Shown one piece after another: positions 30,105-43,954 of a DNA stretch of 64,000 nt. A model generated the notes under the pieces. It did no database searches. It saw only the letters and a list, made by a program, of their open reading frames with translations, and was not told the origin of the DNA. Every line of letters begins with the position of its first letter. Position 1 is the stretch's first letter. This DNA comes from the human T2T-CHM13v2.0 reference genome, Homo sapiens. Made by a program: the position numbers and the translations under genes. Location of the stretch: the NCBI RefSeq assembly GCF_009914755.1, contig NC_060937.1; one strand, given 5' to 3'.

Positions 30105-31790
30105 ATACAAAAGTCTACCCAAAATGAATTAAAGACTTAAATGTAAGATCTGAAACTATAAAATTAACAGAAAAAAAATATTGGGAAAACACCATAGGGC
30201 ACTGGTCTGGGTAAAGATGTTTTAAGTAATGCCTCAAAAGCACAGGCAGCCAAAGTAAACATGGACAAAACGTGTTACATCTAGCAAATAAGCTTCTTCA
30301 CAACAAAGAAAGCAATCAACAAAGTCAAGAGATAACCTACAAAATGAGATAATCCATCCAACAGGGATTAATAATCAGAATATATAAGGAACTCAAACAA
30401 CTCAATAGCGAAATGATGTGGTTTGGCTCTGTGTCCCCACCCAAATCTCACCTTGAATTGTAATAATCCCCACAGGTCAAGGTGGGACCAGGTGGAGATA
30501 ATTGAATCATAGGCGTGGTTTCCCCCATACCATTGTTTCGGTGGTGAATAAGTCTCATGAGATCTGATGGTTTTATAAATGGGAGTTCCCCTGCACAACC
30601 TCTCTTACCTGCCACCATGTTAGACGTGCCTTTGCTTCTCCTTTGCCTTCCACCATGATTGTGAGGCCTCCCCAGCAATGTAGAACTGTGAGTCCATTGA
30701 ACCTGTTTTCTCTGTAAATTACCAGGCTTGGGTATGTCCTTATTAGCAGTGTGAGAACAGACTAATGCACAAAATAACCAATAATCTGATTTTTAAATGT
30801 GCAAAAGACTTGAATAGACATTTCTCAAAAGAAAACATACAGATTTATGAAAAAAAAAGCTCAACATCACTAATCATCAGAGAATTGCAAATCAAAACCA
30901 CAGTGAGCTATCATCTCACCCCAATTAGAATGGCTATCATCAAAAGACCCAAAAAATAAATGCTGGGGAAAATGTGGATAAACGGAAACTCTTACATACA
31001 TTGTTTGTGGATGTAAAGTAGTATAGTTATTATGGAAAAGAGTATGAAGGTTCCTCAAAAAATTAAAAATACAACTACCATATGATCCAGTAATCCCACT
31101 GCTGAGTATACCTGAAAGAAAGGAAATCAGTATATTAAAGAGATATCTGCACTCCTATGTTTATTACATCACAACCCACAATAGCCAAGATATGGAATTA
31201 ATGTGTCCATCAGTAGATGAATGGTCAAAGAAAACACAGTATACATACACAATAAAATACTATCGAGTCTCACACACACACACACACACACACAAAACCC
31301 AATAAAATCCTGTCATTTGCAGCAACATAGATGGAACTGGAGGTCATTCCAGTAAAATAAGCCAGACCCAAAAAGACAGATAACTGCATGTTTTCACTTA
31401 TATATAGAAGCTACAAAAATGGACCTCATGGAACTACAGAGTTGAATGGTGGTTACAAGAGGCTGGGAAGGAAAATGGGGTGGGGAAGATGAAGAAAAGT
31501 TGGTCAATGGGAACAAAAATACGGTTAGAGGGAAACAGTAAGTTCTAGGATTTGATGGTAGAGTAGAGAAATTATAATTAACATTATTTTATTGTATGTT
31601 TCAAAGTAGCTGGAGGAGAAGACATGTAGTGTTCACAATACAAAGAAAAGATAAATGTTTGAGGCAACGGACAACCCAATCACTCTATTTTGATCATTAC
31701 ACACTGTATACCTATATCAGAATATCATATGTACCCACAAAATATGTACAATTAGTAAATATCATTTTAAAACCTACAAAAAGATGTAAA
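30105..31790 (+). mobile_element. L1MA-type element (ORF2 end and 3' UTR), interrupted by THE1C
   Basis: aaagacttaaatgtaagatctgaaactataaaa; ORF remnant [13 protein letters not shown]...[12 protein letters not shown]; 3' end ttgatcattacacactgtata; contains (CA)12 at 31271-31294. Confidence 0.88.
30414..30769 (+). mobile_element. THE1C-like MaLR solo LTR
   Basis: tgatgtggtttggctctgtgtccccacccaaatctcaccttgaattgtaataatcccc...gagaacagactaatgca; TSD cgaaa/caaaa. Confidence 0.92.
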
Positions 31791-31982
31791 TTAGTGGGAT
31801 GAGGAATATTTTTTCTTAGGTCTTAAGAGAATAAATATTAAAATGTTTAAAAAAAGGAGAAAAGTAGAAGACATTGAGTTCTGTTTAACATCTAATTATT
31901 AACTTTTTTACTTTATAAAACTTCATGGTACATAAACAACAGCTCCTTATTTTAATATTTTAATTGGATAAAAAAATTTTGA

Positions 31983-32280
31983 GGCTGGACACGGTGGCTC
32001 ATGCCTGTAATCCCACCACTTTGGGAGGCCGAGGCAGGTGGATCACGTGGTCAGGAGTTCGAGACCAAGATGACCAACATGGTGAAACACCGTCTCTACT
32101 AAAAATACAAATCTTAGCCAGGTGTGGTGGCATGGGCCTGTAATCCCAGCTACTCAGGAGACTGAGGCAGTAGAATCACTTGAACTCGGGAAGCGGAGGT
32201 TGCAGTGAGCCGAGATCAAGTCATTGCCCTCCAGCCTGGGCGACAGAGGGAGACTCCATCTCAAATAATAATAATAATAA
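31983..32280 (+). mobile_element. Alu (AluSg-like) with a (TAA)n tail
   Basis: Full dimer; TSD core aattttga on both sides. Confidence 0.93.
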
Positions 32281-34499
32281 TTTTGAATAATAATGGCATA
32301 GAAGGAATACAGATGACTAAGAGTTTGCGTTCAAATAGCTTAAAATACAATAGGTAGTGCAAACTCATAAACAACTCTAAGAGAAGTTAAAAGGGAAAGC
32401 ACTCAATAGGAGACCTTCACTCTATCACCAAAGCACATTAGAAGTGTCATGGGAAGTTGAGTCGTGGTTAAAACTGAACTGGAAAGGATTTGGGTAGAAT
32501 GAGTGAATTTTGTCATACCCTTCCAAGGGCATTCTAGCCCCAGGGAAGCTGAAGACAAAGGCTGGGAATAGCTGAGTAAGGCACAACGTGGTGGGGTGGA
32601 AAGCTCGGTGACTTCCCAATCACTCTGTCCAGGTGGCAAACACTGAGCGAGGCAAAGAGACACCATTCCCCACCCGACTTCCACTCTTGGAATTTAGCAC
32701 ATTAAAATGTTTAGTTATATCTAATTTGGTGAAGTTTTGTATATGCAGCTAGAGAGGACTAAAATAATCCAGAGAAGGTAATAGAGACTTTCACTAGCAT
32801 TTCTAAATACATTACGCTGAGCTATAATCTCAGTCTAGTAACATTCTAAATATATTGAAAAGATAATTTAGTGACAGAAGAAAATGCTTATTAACAATCA
32901 ATCTTGAAAAGATAGAACCTCCTCAAAACTCGTATATACAGATGGCACACTTATGGTGGGATCACAATAAAATGCTAAATAAGCCAATTTGGGTATGATC
33001 TTTGATAGAGTAATTGAATATTTGTCTTTGAAGGATTCGGATTTCCAAAATTACCCCCCATGCAGACCTGAACATCATTCAGGCAACTGCTTAGCACTTA
33101 AATAGCTTTCACAGAAACAGATGGCAATAATAAATAAATCTGCATATCAAATGCTTACTGGTAAAACTATAATGCTGTTATGAAAATTAAAATCTAAGCA
33201 AAATCGGTAAAAAAGAGAAAAAAGGTTAGCAGTTTCCCAAGTATAGTCCGAATGAACCAAAGCAACAGTTCTAAGCGTTGTGAAAGCATAAATTAAGACA
33301 AATATCTTCATGTTTAAATATCAAAAGAAGCTTATTAACCACGGATGGAGAGGAGAACTAGACATCCAAGTGTCCAAGATAGAATGCATATAGACGATGC
33401 CCATGTGGGACTCAACTTTGATGTCTTGATGACATCTACACATTCACTTAACCTAAAGTAGCTAATCAAACCACAGTTATCAAAGGAGGAATGGTTCTTT
33501 ACTAAATGATACAGTAACATTTCCTACATAGTTTTGGTATCCTAGAAACTAAGAGAGTCACCATATTGGTTAGTCATTTCTTTTTCCACCAAGACAAACT
33601 CAAAAATATTTAGATCATCTTGCCCTTTCAAATGATGCTCTGTGAGTATGAGAATGTCATTTATTTATTACCTCTTTATTAAGCAAAATATGTGAACCAA
33701 TTTTATTTTTAATATCAAGTAATGCTCAATACTTCATGTATGCATCCCACTTCGAAATACAAGAGCATAGAGACAATTAACAAAGACCTACACAACATAA
33801 TATTCATTTCAACCTGGAGTGAGCCATTACTAGCATGAAAGTCACACACCTTTAGCTTTTGATCACTGGCAAAATAATGGCAAAAAATCCTCTTAGACTC
33901 TCTAAACGTGTGCAAATATTTGCAATGCAATTTTCACTGACAGTATGGCACTGGGTACTTGCTCCCTAGCATATACAAGAAATGTAAGATAACTTTATGG
34001 TTTCTATGCCAATTACATCTAAAAAGCAGGTAAACAAAGTCATTCTATCACATTTACCTTCATGCTAAAATACCATATCTACTGTCGCTGGAATTTGTGT
34101 ATTTATCAACTAATGTCTATTTTGAACAATTCATTCTCGCAGTAAAACAAGTGTATAGGCAAATGTACCACAAGATACAAACAGGTTAGGAAGTATGCTT
34201 TTGGACATCTGGAAAACCTCACCAAGTTTTGTAGCTAAGAACACCATCAGAAGTTCTGGAAAGAGAAATCCAAATTTACTGCTTTCTGGTGACTTTGCTT
34301 CAGAAAGAACAATACAAATAACAAACAGTCACTTTTCTGGATGAGCAATATATTTATTGACTTTGGACGGAGCTCACATATCATCCTGCTCTATTTCAAG
34401 CCTGCGGAAGGTCACCATCTAGACACCAACCCACCTCACTAAATGTTTTCACAGTCAAGTTTCCTGAGAGAAGAGATGATTAGCTCACCCTTCGTCCAT

Positions 34500-34960
34500 C
34501 CTCACTTCCATTCACCTCTCAACATCTGCTTTCTTGGAACCCTTCCTTTCAGGATTTCTGGGATGTCACTCTATAGAGATTTCTTCCCTTTCCCTTCACG
34601 TGACTTCTCTGCAGTCCTCTCTCTCTTTTCCTCTGCTCGGTCTTTCCAGGTAAATGATTCCTTAGTCCTCTGTCCTTGGTTCTCTTTTTCCCTTAGGTTA
34701 CATAGACAGGCTTCACAGAGGAATCTCATTTACACCCCTTATGTACAGGTCACACCTAAATCTTTATTGCCAACTGAGATCTATTTCCTAGTCTCAAATT
34801 CTTCATAGCCAATTGCTGCTGGAAATATCCATCTGAGAACTTCAATCTCAGTGGTTTGGAAACTAATGTCATTAACTTCCTTGCCTTCCCCTGGCCCTCC
34901 ACATCTTCTTAAGCTCTTAGATTTCTTGTTCTGGTTAATGGAAACCTTGTCTTGGCCAAT
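34500..34960 (+). mobile_element. L2 internal fragment
   Basis: ctctgtccttggttctc...cacacctaaatcttta...atagccaattgctgctggaaatatccatctg...gttaatggaaacc. Confidence 0.65.
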
Positions 34961-35452
34961 GAGGTATATTCAGTGACTGAAGAGTTTGAAGTTAATGAAA
35001 AAAAAAAAGGATTCATTTTTCATTTATATTTGAATCCCCATCATTACATGGGAAAGAGTTGATGATCAATAATGGTTTTTTGAATGAATAACAAGTGAAT
35101 TTTATAATGAAAAACATTGAGGCATAGACAACATTTTAAAATGAAACAAGAAGAAACAAATGTGGAACATGGAGACAAAAAAGAGCCAATTTGTTTTGCT
35201 TTGTTTTGTTTTGAGAAACCGGAAAATAAAAACTTGTGCCTATGTGACATTAATCTTATAGGGATTGCCCCTTAGGCCTGTTAGCAGCAGACACTCTGTG
35301 AATATTTCTGCGATGACTTCACGAATTTACTCACTTTTCAAGAAGCTACATTTTACGCTTTAACCCAGTAATTGAATGGCTAACATTTTCAGGCTCTCTG
35401 ATATTTGTTAATTAATTAGTCACAGCTAAACAATGCAAAGGACAAAAGAGCC

Positions 35453-35680
35453 TATTGTAGTCAGAATAGCATGGGCTTTGGAATATGTCAGAATTGGACA
35501 CATGTCCTGTTTCGGACAATGATGTCCACACAACCTTTGGTAGCGGTTTACCTTCTCCAGCCTAAGTTTCTCCATTTGTAAGCAGGTTTAATTATTCTCT
35601 TCTTGCATGTTCTGATCTCATCTCAGAAAATTTCAGAGGAGTATATGGAAACTGCCACACCAAATACAACACACAGCAAT
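35453..35680 (+). mobile_element. MIR SINE
   Basis: agcatgggctttggaat...ccttctccagcctaagtttctccatttgtaa. Confidence 0.65.
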
Positions 35681-35724
35681 GGAGGAAAGATGTAGATTTT
35701 AGACTAGGAGACACCTTAACACAG

Positions 35725-35865
35725 AAGACTTTTACACCTGCTGGCAAAGCTCACCTGCATCAGAATCAGAATCTCTGGGAGTGGATCAAGCACCTACATT
35801 GTTACCAAGCTCTTGGGGTTCACCTGATGCACAAAAACTAAATGTATAGGGACCACTGCCTTAGA
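35725..35865. mobile_element. MER5A fragment (hAT-Charlie)
   Basis: gaatcagaatctctgggagtgga...ctgatgcac...gaccactg. Confidence 0.6.
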
Positions 35866-35955
35866 CAAGGTCAGATATGTCTACTTTACCGCTATTTTTA
35901 TTCTTTAAAGTGGCTTTCGAACATGCTCATTTCATCCAATTCTTCCAAGGCAGAC

Positions 35956-36165
35956 ATTGATTCATTCATTAGCCCAGGGATAATTGAGCATCAGACACTG
36001 TGCTAGGTGTTGAGGAGTAAAATGGAAAAAAAGACTAAACATTCCTTAGTAATGGAATAGATAATTTCTGTGGCAAGCCTTACTCAAAGACTAACTCGAA
36101 TAAATCTAAAATGACGCCGTGCCATGTGTGAGGAAGGAGAGAGACACATGTCACTATGAAATATT
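35956..36165 (-). mobile_element. L2 3' end
   Basis: ttcattcatt...ttgagcatc..cactgtgctaggtgttgagga. Confidence 0.65.
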
Positions 36166-36614
36166 CATCCTGGATGCATTGGCAAGGAAATTGTGGTTCA
36201 CAAAGGCCAGCTACACCTTAAATCAGCCTCATCAGCCATGACCAAAAATAGTGAAAAACTGGATTTGTTTTACGATGAGCATTCCACCATCTGTGCAACT
36301 ATTCTTATCAAATTCTGGCCTGTGCACAGACAACAGAGAGCAATAAGGTTCCCATAGAGCTCACATGTGATGAGCCGACCTCGAATTGCTGCAGTCTAGG
36401 AGTGCCAAAAGAAAAAAGGAAAAAAATCCCACGGATGTGCTGAAACACTATTTCAAAGCTGTGGCAGGGCCAAGGTCTGGAGGTAAACAGAAGGACAAAC
36501 AGGCCAGAATCACACAGAGCAACCAGAAATAGACTCCTCTCAGATACTCTCATTCATTGTTGCCAGATTTGCCCTTCTTAAGAAATTCAGCAGGATAACA
36601 TTGTATGGACTGAA

Positions 36615-36870
36615 AGTTGTACATATTTGTAGACCCAGAAACTATACTTTTAGGAATGAAATTTTTTAACATATGCTGAAAACATTTTAGGTAAATGGGT
36701 TTGATTTTGAAACGTTATTTATAATTTTTAAAAATCAGAAACAAATGTCTAACACTGAAAGAATATTTAAATAAACTCGTACTCCCCATAAACTTGAAAG
36801 TATGCAACTATAAATATTATAGAGTTTTTAAAGCATAATAACATACTTATCATATAAGAATAAATTAAAA
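36615..36870 (+). mobile_element. L1ME-type fragment
   Basis: gacccagaaactatacttttaggaat...gttatttataat...aaacaaatgtctaaca...ttaaataaact. Confidence 0.5.
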
Positions 36871-37659
36871 CTATGTAAATATGGATAGTTTGATCTGGCT
36901 TTGGACAAATGCAAGCACAACATCTGTGTCTGTGTGTGTGTGCGTGTGTGTGCTTCTGCCTGTTGCAGGTGTGTACAGGTATATGCAAAGAAACCTGAAA
37001 ATATACAAATATTTATTAACTCTGCCTTTTAATTGTATTCTCTCTTCTGCTCCTCACCCATGAACATTCATTTGAAATAAAAAGAAGAAATTAAAAAAAA
37101 AACAGTGGCAGGTGTTTGTAAAAAGAACATAATTTTCCTGATGCACCACTTCTCCTCTGGCTGACCCAGAGGCTCAGGGGCTAAGACAAATACAACAACA
37201 GGCTTCTCAAAAAAGCAGCTGCAACTATGAAATTAATCAAGAGTAATTTTTACATGCAAACTGGTCAGTAAGACCTTAGAGCCACAAAACAGTCCCTGAA
37301 AAAGGCAGTTTCTTTCAGAAGCCTGCTAGCATAGTGCATATATTACAAACAAGACACTCATAGATCATTAAGACTATGTCAAATGGCTATAAAATCTTAT
37401 TTTAAAAAATTAGGTCAAATGGTCATTAAAATGTGCACATATATATGAGAGAAGAATAAGCCTATTCCTTAAACGTCGAACTATGTCTAGGCTTTAGCCA
37501 GGGTGTATTTCTTTAAAGACTCACTATCTCTTCCCCCAACCTCCTCTGCATCCATCTATTCATTAATGTAACTCTTTGCTTTCCTGTGTGTCCTTTTAAT
37601 TGGGAGCACTGGATTGTGTGGGGATACTAGCTACATTGCCTTATATCAAACCCCGTTGG

Positions 37660-37810
37660 GCTATCATGACATCAGAAAAACGCAACATAATAAGATCTCA
37701 AATTCATAAAAGAGGTCCCTCTAGAAGCCTTCGGGTGGTGACAAGTCAGTATCCAAGCTTGCCGGAAGGCCAGTGGTGTGCCGTGATGCCCTTTCACCTG
37801 GGGCTTGCTG
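37660..37810 (+). mobile_element. Possible CR1/L3 fragment
   Basis: Loose resemblance to the L3 ORF2 3' region (aaaaacgcaacataat...tctagaagccttcgggtggtgaca). Confidence 0.3.
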
Positions 37811-40489
37811 AGCCCCATAGATCCGGGTGGGGGGACGCACAGGCTGCCCTCCCAGCTGGTAGCCATCTGCCTAAGTGACAACTGCCAGATGGGGAGAAAA
37901 AACTGAAATAGGGATTAAACATTAAATAAGAGAGGGTTTCTTGGAAAGCAGCATTGACATCGATCATTCATAAGACTTTTTAAAGTCTTGGAAATTTTTA
38001 TTTGAAATATTTGGATAGGAATTTTTTAAAAAGACAAATAAAAAATTCCTGGATGAATATGTCCCATGTGCTAGACATGAAATGCCTCATGCTTCCTACA
38101 GAAAACACACTGAATTGATTTATAAATGTACTTGTTGTTCCGTTCTAACTTCAAACTCAGACAGATCAAAGAATCAATAAATATAGTGTTTTGCCTCTCC
38201 CCATGGGAGAGGAGGCTCTTAGACTCTCCCCTAATCGAATTCCCAGTTGTTGTTTAGGTTAGAATCTCCCAAAGCTATTCACACAGGAGTCTCTCACCTG
38301 TGGGTTGTCTAACTTTGGAAACTGAACCCTAAGCAAAAGAAAGGATGAGAAATGATGGGCGTTGCCTCACCTCTTGCCCCAGTTTGCAAGTCATTACTAG
38401 GAAGGAAAGCAGGTTGTGGAACTGACCAGAATCAAAAAAAATTCACTCAGCTACATTTTTTAACCCATTTTGAATTACATCAGAAAAAGCAGGGGTTTTT
38501 CTCTGTGTCATCACAATTTTCTTTTTATTGCAAGCTTTTAAAGTTTAGGAAAAAATTCCAGGCTCAACAAACCAAGTTTTAAAAGATTGGAATCATAGTA
38601 GGGACCATATGTGCTGTTATTTAAAAAGGAAAATAGTAATTAACATTCAGAAGAAGATTAAGTCAGGGAGGTAAATACATTTTATTTTTCCTTTAAAGAA
38701 ATTTAAATCCTGGATAAAAGAAAGTATAAAAAAGACATTTCTTTCCTACCATTCATCTTCCTAATCAAATCCAGATCAAACCCATAGCATGAACATGGAC
38801 TTAAAATGGAATTAAGGAGAGAAGTCAGAGTTAAAGGAATTAATTGACAGCCATGGGTTTACAAGCCTTTTATTATCACAAAATGGGCAGTGGAGTTGCT
38901 TCTCAAACCCTAGCAAATGAGATTCAGACCTGAGGGGTTATCTCTGGGACAAGTGCACCAGAAAGTCTTTTTGCTGCTCAGCGGCTTGCGTTTACAGTGA
39001 TGCCAGTTAATGCACAGGATTTTGGACACATTTGTATGGGTATTTTTTTTTAAACCCCATTCAAGGACTGAGTCCATTTCTCCTCTTTTGGCCAGTAGTT
39101 GGCTCTATATAAGCACAAGCTTTATCTAAACTGAGGTGAAAACCTCTCATCAAAACTGACAAATGCAAACCCTCTAATTGGACATTTTCTGAAGTATTCA
39201 ATTTGGCATCAACATAATTGCTAAAAGATAGTGTAACTTATTTTAACATATTTACATTTTTATAATGCAAAACTCTATAGTTCATTTTTTGTTCTGTAGC
39301 TTCTTGTCTTGTCTAATGTTTTTATAACAGAAATGCACAGACACACATACTCAAGCATGATACAAAGCAATCAGTGTTTATGTGGAAATTGTTTTTAAAG
39401 AGCTAAATCTGAACATTAATATTTGCCTATGTTTGAAATTTTACCATTAAAAAAAAACAAGTTCAATATAGGCTCAATGTTTGATCACCAGATATAGTCC
39501 TAAGAAAATAATGATTACCACAAGTCCCGGAAATCTCACACGATTCCTACTGAAACATAGTTATCCATCTTCTATAATGAGCAATGATTCTGGATTGGAA
39601 GTATATACAGATGTCTATATGTTATTGCAAAGCTAAGAAATATGTAGAACAGAAAAGATAGGGAAGAGTAATTTTATAAATGGCTAACTTTACTACTTTC
39701 TATATACCATATTGAGTAAACATAGGTCAGACAGCGTTGAACATTATTAAACAAACAATTGTATTCTACAATTATGGGCATAGAAATAAATTCTTAAAAT
39801 GTGCTTTGGTAAGATAAAGAACCAGTGACATTACCCCCATGTAGTTGTCACTGATCTGGCTAAATCAAGTAAACAGTAACTCCTCCAAAAGTTTCCAAAC
39901 CCTCAAAGCACCACACAGTGAACTCAACAAGTGGATTAACTAAGAAATATTGCGAGTGAGGCCTGTCTTTCTCTGTTGCCCAGCACACTTTCAGGACATC
40001 CATTTTCTCTTTCCACCCAGGGCAAGGGAAATACATTATTTTCACAAAAAGGAATTTGCTCAGAAAGTATAAATTTGTATGCAATTCCCCAAGTCACCAC
40101 ATAGCAGTTCAGTTCTGCAGATATCATCAACTCCACGTCCACCGGCTTTGTATGTCAACATTAGCAATTCTTACCTCATGTTGGGTAATCTGGGTGACTT
40201 ATTTTGCCAATTTTCTCATAGCATGTCACATTTTCTAAAGTGCTATGCTTTAGAAAAGTATTTCCTATTTTCCTGTAGCCAAAAATTTTAACATTCAGAA
40301 AACAGTGTCAAGTTTCTGGTGTATATTCTGATTCTGAGATGAGCTTTTATTTCATACTGCAGCTGCTATAAATCCCAAAGGAATACAGATAACGCAGTAC
40401 ATTTCACTCTTTTAACCATTTCTCTTAGGTTTTTCAAAGATAGTTATGGTTTCATAGATGTCCCTGTTTCGGGGCTCTTTGAAAAGTGC

Positions 40490-40695
40490 TCAAGAATGTA
40501 GAATTGAGTATCAGAAAAAAATCTTTTGGGATCTTCATTCTGCCACTTGCTTAGCTAGAAGATTTGAAGCTAGAAACACCACTTCTCCAGCCTCAGTATC
40601 CTTATCTGAGAAATCGTGATTAAATGAGATAATTCATGTAAAGCGCCGAGCACAATGGCTGGCTCACTAAATGTTTCTTAGTAACAACAACATTC
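40490..40695 (+). mobile_element. MIR SINE (internally deleted)
   Basis: ttctgccacttgcttagct...agcctcagtatccttatctg...gattaaatgagataattcatgtaaagcgccgagcacaatggctggc. Confidence 0.75.
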
Positions 40696-41311
40696 ATGTC
40701 AATTGGCCATAAATCACGTCACCAAGGATCTCCTGCAGCTATGACTTGCCTAACTTTCTTATAAACCACAATTAGCATGCAGGTAGTGCCAGGGTTTGTG
40801 GTGGTGTCTGACTGAGTTCTCTCCCACACACCCATAGAATAACCCAGCAGTGAAGCGGCAAGGGATGGCAATACCAAGCATGTGTACCAACACAGCCACT
40901 CTATGTCCCTAGACAATGTTAAGGCACTTTGAAGATATGGCAATAAACTAAACATTTCCTAGTTCTCTGATAAAATTCTATATACATCTAGCAGTGCCCA
41001 GCTAAATGTTATCACTAAAGCTTTGTGAGTAAACCATCCTTCTAAAAATCTACAAATTCTTACCCCAACCACCGCAGGTTAGAGGAGAGCCTTTCCATGC
41101 TAACTATGGCAAACTTCCAACATCTATTTATATTTGTTCTTTCTCCCAGCCATTGTCGCACTTGGGGTGCCACGGTACAGAATGAGTTCCAGTTAGAGAA
41201 CTTCTCCACAAGGCATTTAATTGTGCAACAGATCAGTTACAATCTGAGAAGTGCACAGGGAGTGCAGAAGGAAAGTACCTCAACTGAAATGCCGGCTGTG
41301 CGCAAATACTA

Positions 41312-41637
<326 letters not shown>

Positions 41638-41639
41638 TT

Positions 41640-42350
41640 AAAAATTTTGTACCACAAAAAAACATAATCAAGTTTAATTGACAAATAACCCAGAAAAGGA
41701 TAGTTTTATTTTTTTAATATACAAAAAGCTCTTATAAACCAGAAGAAAAAATATCCCATAAGGGAAAAGGGGTCACAAAATATCTTTGAAAAGATATTCT
41801 GCTAAAGAAAGAGAATGCAAATGGCTAAGAAATATACCACAAAAAAGTTCAGCCCCAATATTCAGTGGGTCAAGATAGTAAAAATGGAGTATGATTTATT
41901 TACTTAGTAAAAAATAGGTAAAATATTGACCAGTATTAATGTGTGAGAAAAGCAACATCTATGTAAGTTGAAGTATAAATTGCTCAACCTCCCTGAAAGT
42001 CACATATAGACAAATGTTTTAGACGCACAATCTCTAACTTAAAAATTAGGAAACTTCTTAAGGATATATATACAAGGGTATGCATCAGAGTGTTACGTTA
42101 AACGCTAAAAAATGAAGACAATAGAGTTCTACCATTGGGTAATTGGTCAAAAAATATATTTATACGTGTTAAAATTCATTGTGTAATATATATTTATTTA
42201 AATGTAAAGTATCAATTGTTAATAGAAAATAAAATTACAAAATAATCAAGAATTTAATGCTGCTGTTTCTGTAAAATTATTTACAGCTAGACTAACATTT
42301 AGAATAATGACTGTCAAAGACATGGTGGAATCCACACCCAATTAAGGTGG
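41640..42350 (+). mobile_element. Degenerate L1ME-type fragment
   Basis: aatatacaaaaagctcttataaa...atgcaaatggctaagaaatata...aagtataaattgctcaacc. Confidence 0.55.
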
Positions 42351-42393
42351 TAGTTCAAATGATATTTAATTAACTTTTAAAATAATGTCCCAG

Positions 42394-42727
42394 GGCCAAG
42401 GGTGGTGGCTCGTGCCTGTAATCCCTGCACTTTGGCAGGCTGACATGGATGGATCACTTGAAGTCAGGAGTTTGAGACCAGCCTGGCCAACATGGTGAAA
42501 CCCCATCTCTACTAAAAAAAAGAAAGAAAGAAAGAAAAATATATTAGCCGGGCGTGGTGGCACGTGCCTGTAATATCAGCTACTTGGGAGGGTGAGACAG
42601 GAGAATCACTTTGCTTGAACCTGGCAGGCAGAGGTTGCAGTGAGCCGAGATTGCACCACTGCACTCCAGACTGGGCAACAGAGCAAGACTCTGTCTCAAA
42701 ACAAAACAAAACAAAAAGCAAAAATAA
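42394..42727 (+). mobile_element. Alu (AluSx/Sz-like) with (GAAA)n in the linker and a (CAAAA)n tail
   Basis: Full dimer; linker reads aaaaaaaagaaagaaagaaagaaaaatat. Confidence 0.92.
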
Positions 42728-43751
42728 GGTAAAAGCCTGACTGTCATACAGGTATAAACTAAACTAAACAAATATTCCATACTGTTTACATATTGCTATG
42801 AATGTTGTACTATTTTAAAATAAACAAAGTTGTAGCTAGTTTTGTTTTGAAACAAAAATTACACTTCCTCACATGGGCCTGGGTGTTCCACAAGTCAGTG
42901 AGTTGTCTGCAGCTAGAATACAATTCACGGAGCGGGAAAAAATGTTCACGTATTAGGTTTTTCAGGCTGAGTTTCCCTCCGAAATGGAGGAAGTCTGAGT
43001 TCAAGGATGGTGGAGAGATGTGCCCACGGAAGAGGGCCCCTCGTGGTGGAGCAGCAACCATGATGGGAAAAGCAGCCAAGCGCTCACTGTCCCTCGTTGG
43101 GACGGTCCTCCTCTCTGGAATAAACCAGAACACCCAAGGAAGGCAAGGGCAGGAAGAGACAAGCTAGAGCTGCAAGATGAACCCCTTCCCAGGCTCTCCC
43201 AGCAGGGACAGAGCAACAGTCCATTGGGAAGGCAAAGATGAACGTGCTGGCCATGCTGGCAGTGCTGGCTCCATTCCGCAGGCTTCAGGCTGCAGCAAGC
43301 GGGGCCTGCAAAGAGGAATCACTGTCCCCTAGGCCTCGGTCAGTGGAGGGACTCAGGAATCAGGGGCACCCTCCAGTGGAGAAGCCTGGCAAGGGCCACC
43401 CAGCTGCTGGTGGCTCTCCCATCTCACTCAGGACAGTTTCCTAAGGACAGGGCTCCAGCACCGTGCACTGCCCCATATCGCCCTCTCTTTTACTGTGTCA
43501 TTTCTGGCCCTTGCTCTATAATCAGCAAGCTTTCCTATGCCCTCAAACTCTTCTGGAAAACTTCATCCCCTGCTTGCTTCCCCTACCCCACCCAGACTCT
43601 GCTACCTTCTCCCTTTCTCTAAGGACAGCTGCCCTTCTACAGCTCCTACTGTTCCACTGGTCCACCCTTCCCCAGCCCTGATTTCAGAGCAGGCCTGGCA
43701 GCCTGCAGACCACACCTGCATCAGCAAGGGCCCAGCAATGGGCTCGGATCC

Positions 43752-43859
43752 TTCCCTCCATGTTGCCTAGGCTGGTCTCAAACTCCCAAGCTCAAGTGTT
43801 CCTCCCATGTCAGTGTCCCAAATTGCTAGGATTACAGGTGTGAGTCACCACGCCCAGCC
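43752..43859 (-). mobile_element. Alu left monomer / FLAM fragment (J-type)
   Basis: catgttgcctaggctggtctcaaactccc..gctcaag...ggattacaggtgtgagtcaccacgcccagcc. Confidence 0.85.
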
Positions 43860-43954
43860 CCATCTATGATAGACAAAGTTCTTAGTAGCAAAGAGCAGAA
43901 GCAGACTTTGATTGATTAAGCTAAAAAATTTTTTTAAAAAACAATTTGGGGAAG

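Noticed and set aside
36365-36395. Minus-strand acceptor (tttttcttttggcactcctag) with a 31-nt segment
   Set aside because: The donor is weak (CAT|gtgagc) and the peptide is unrecognisable; probably a pseudo-exon.
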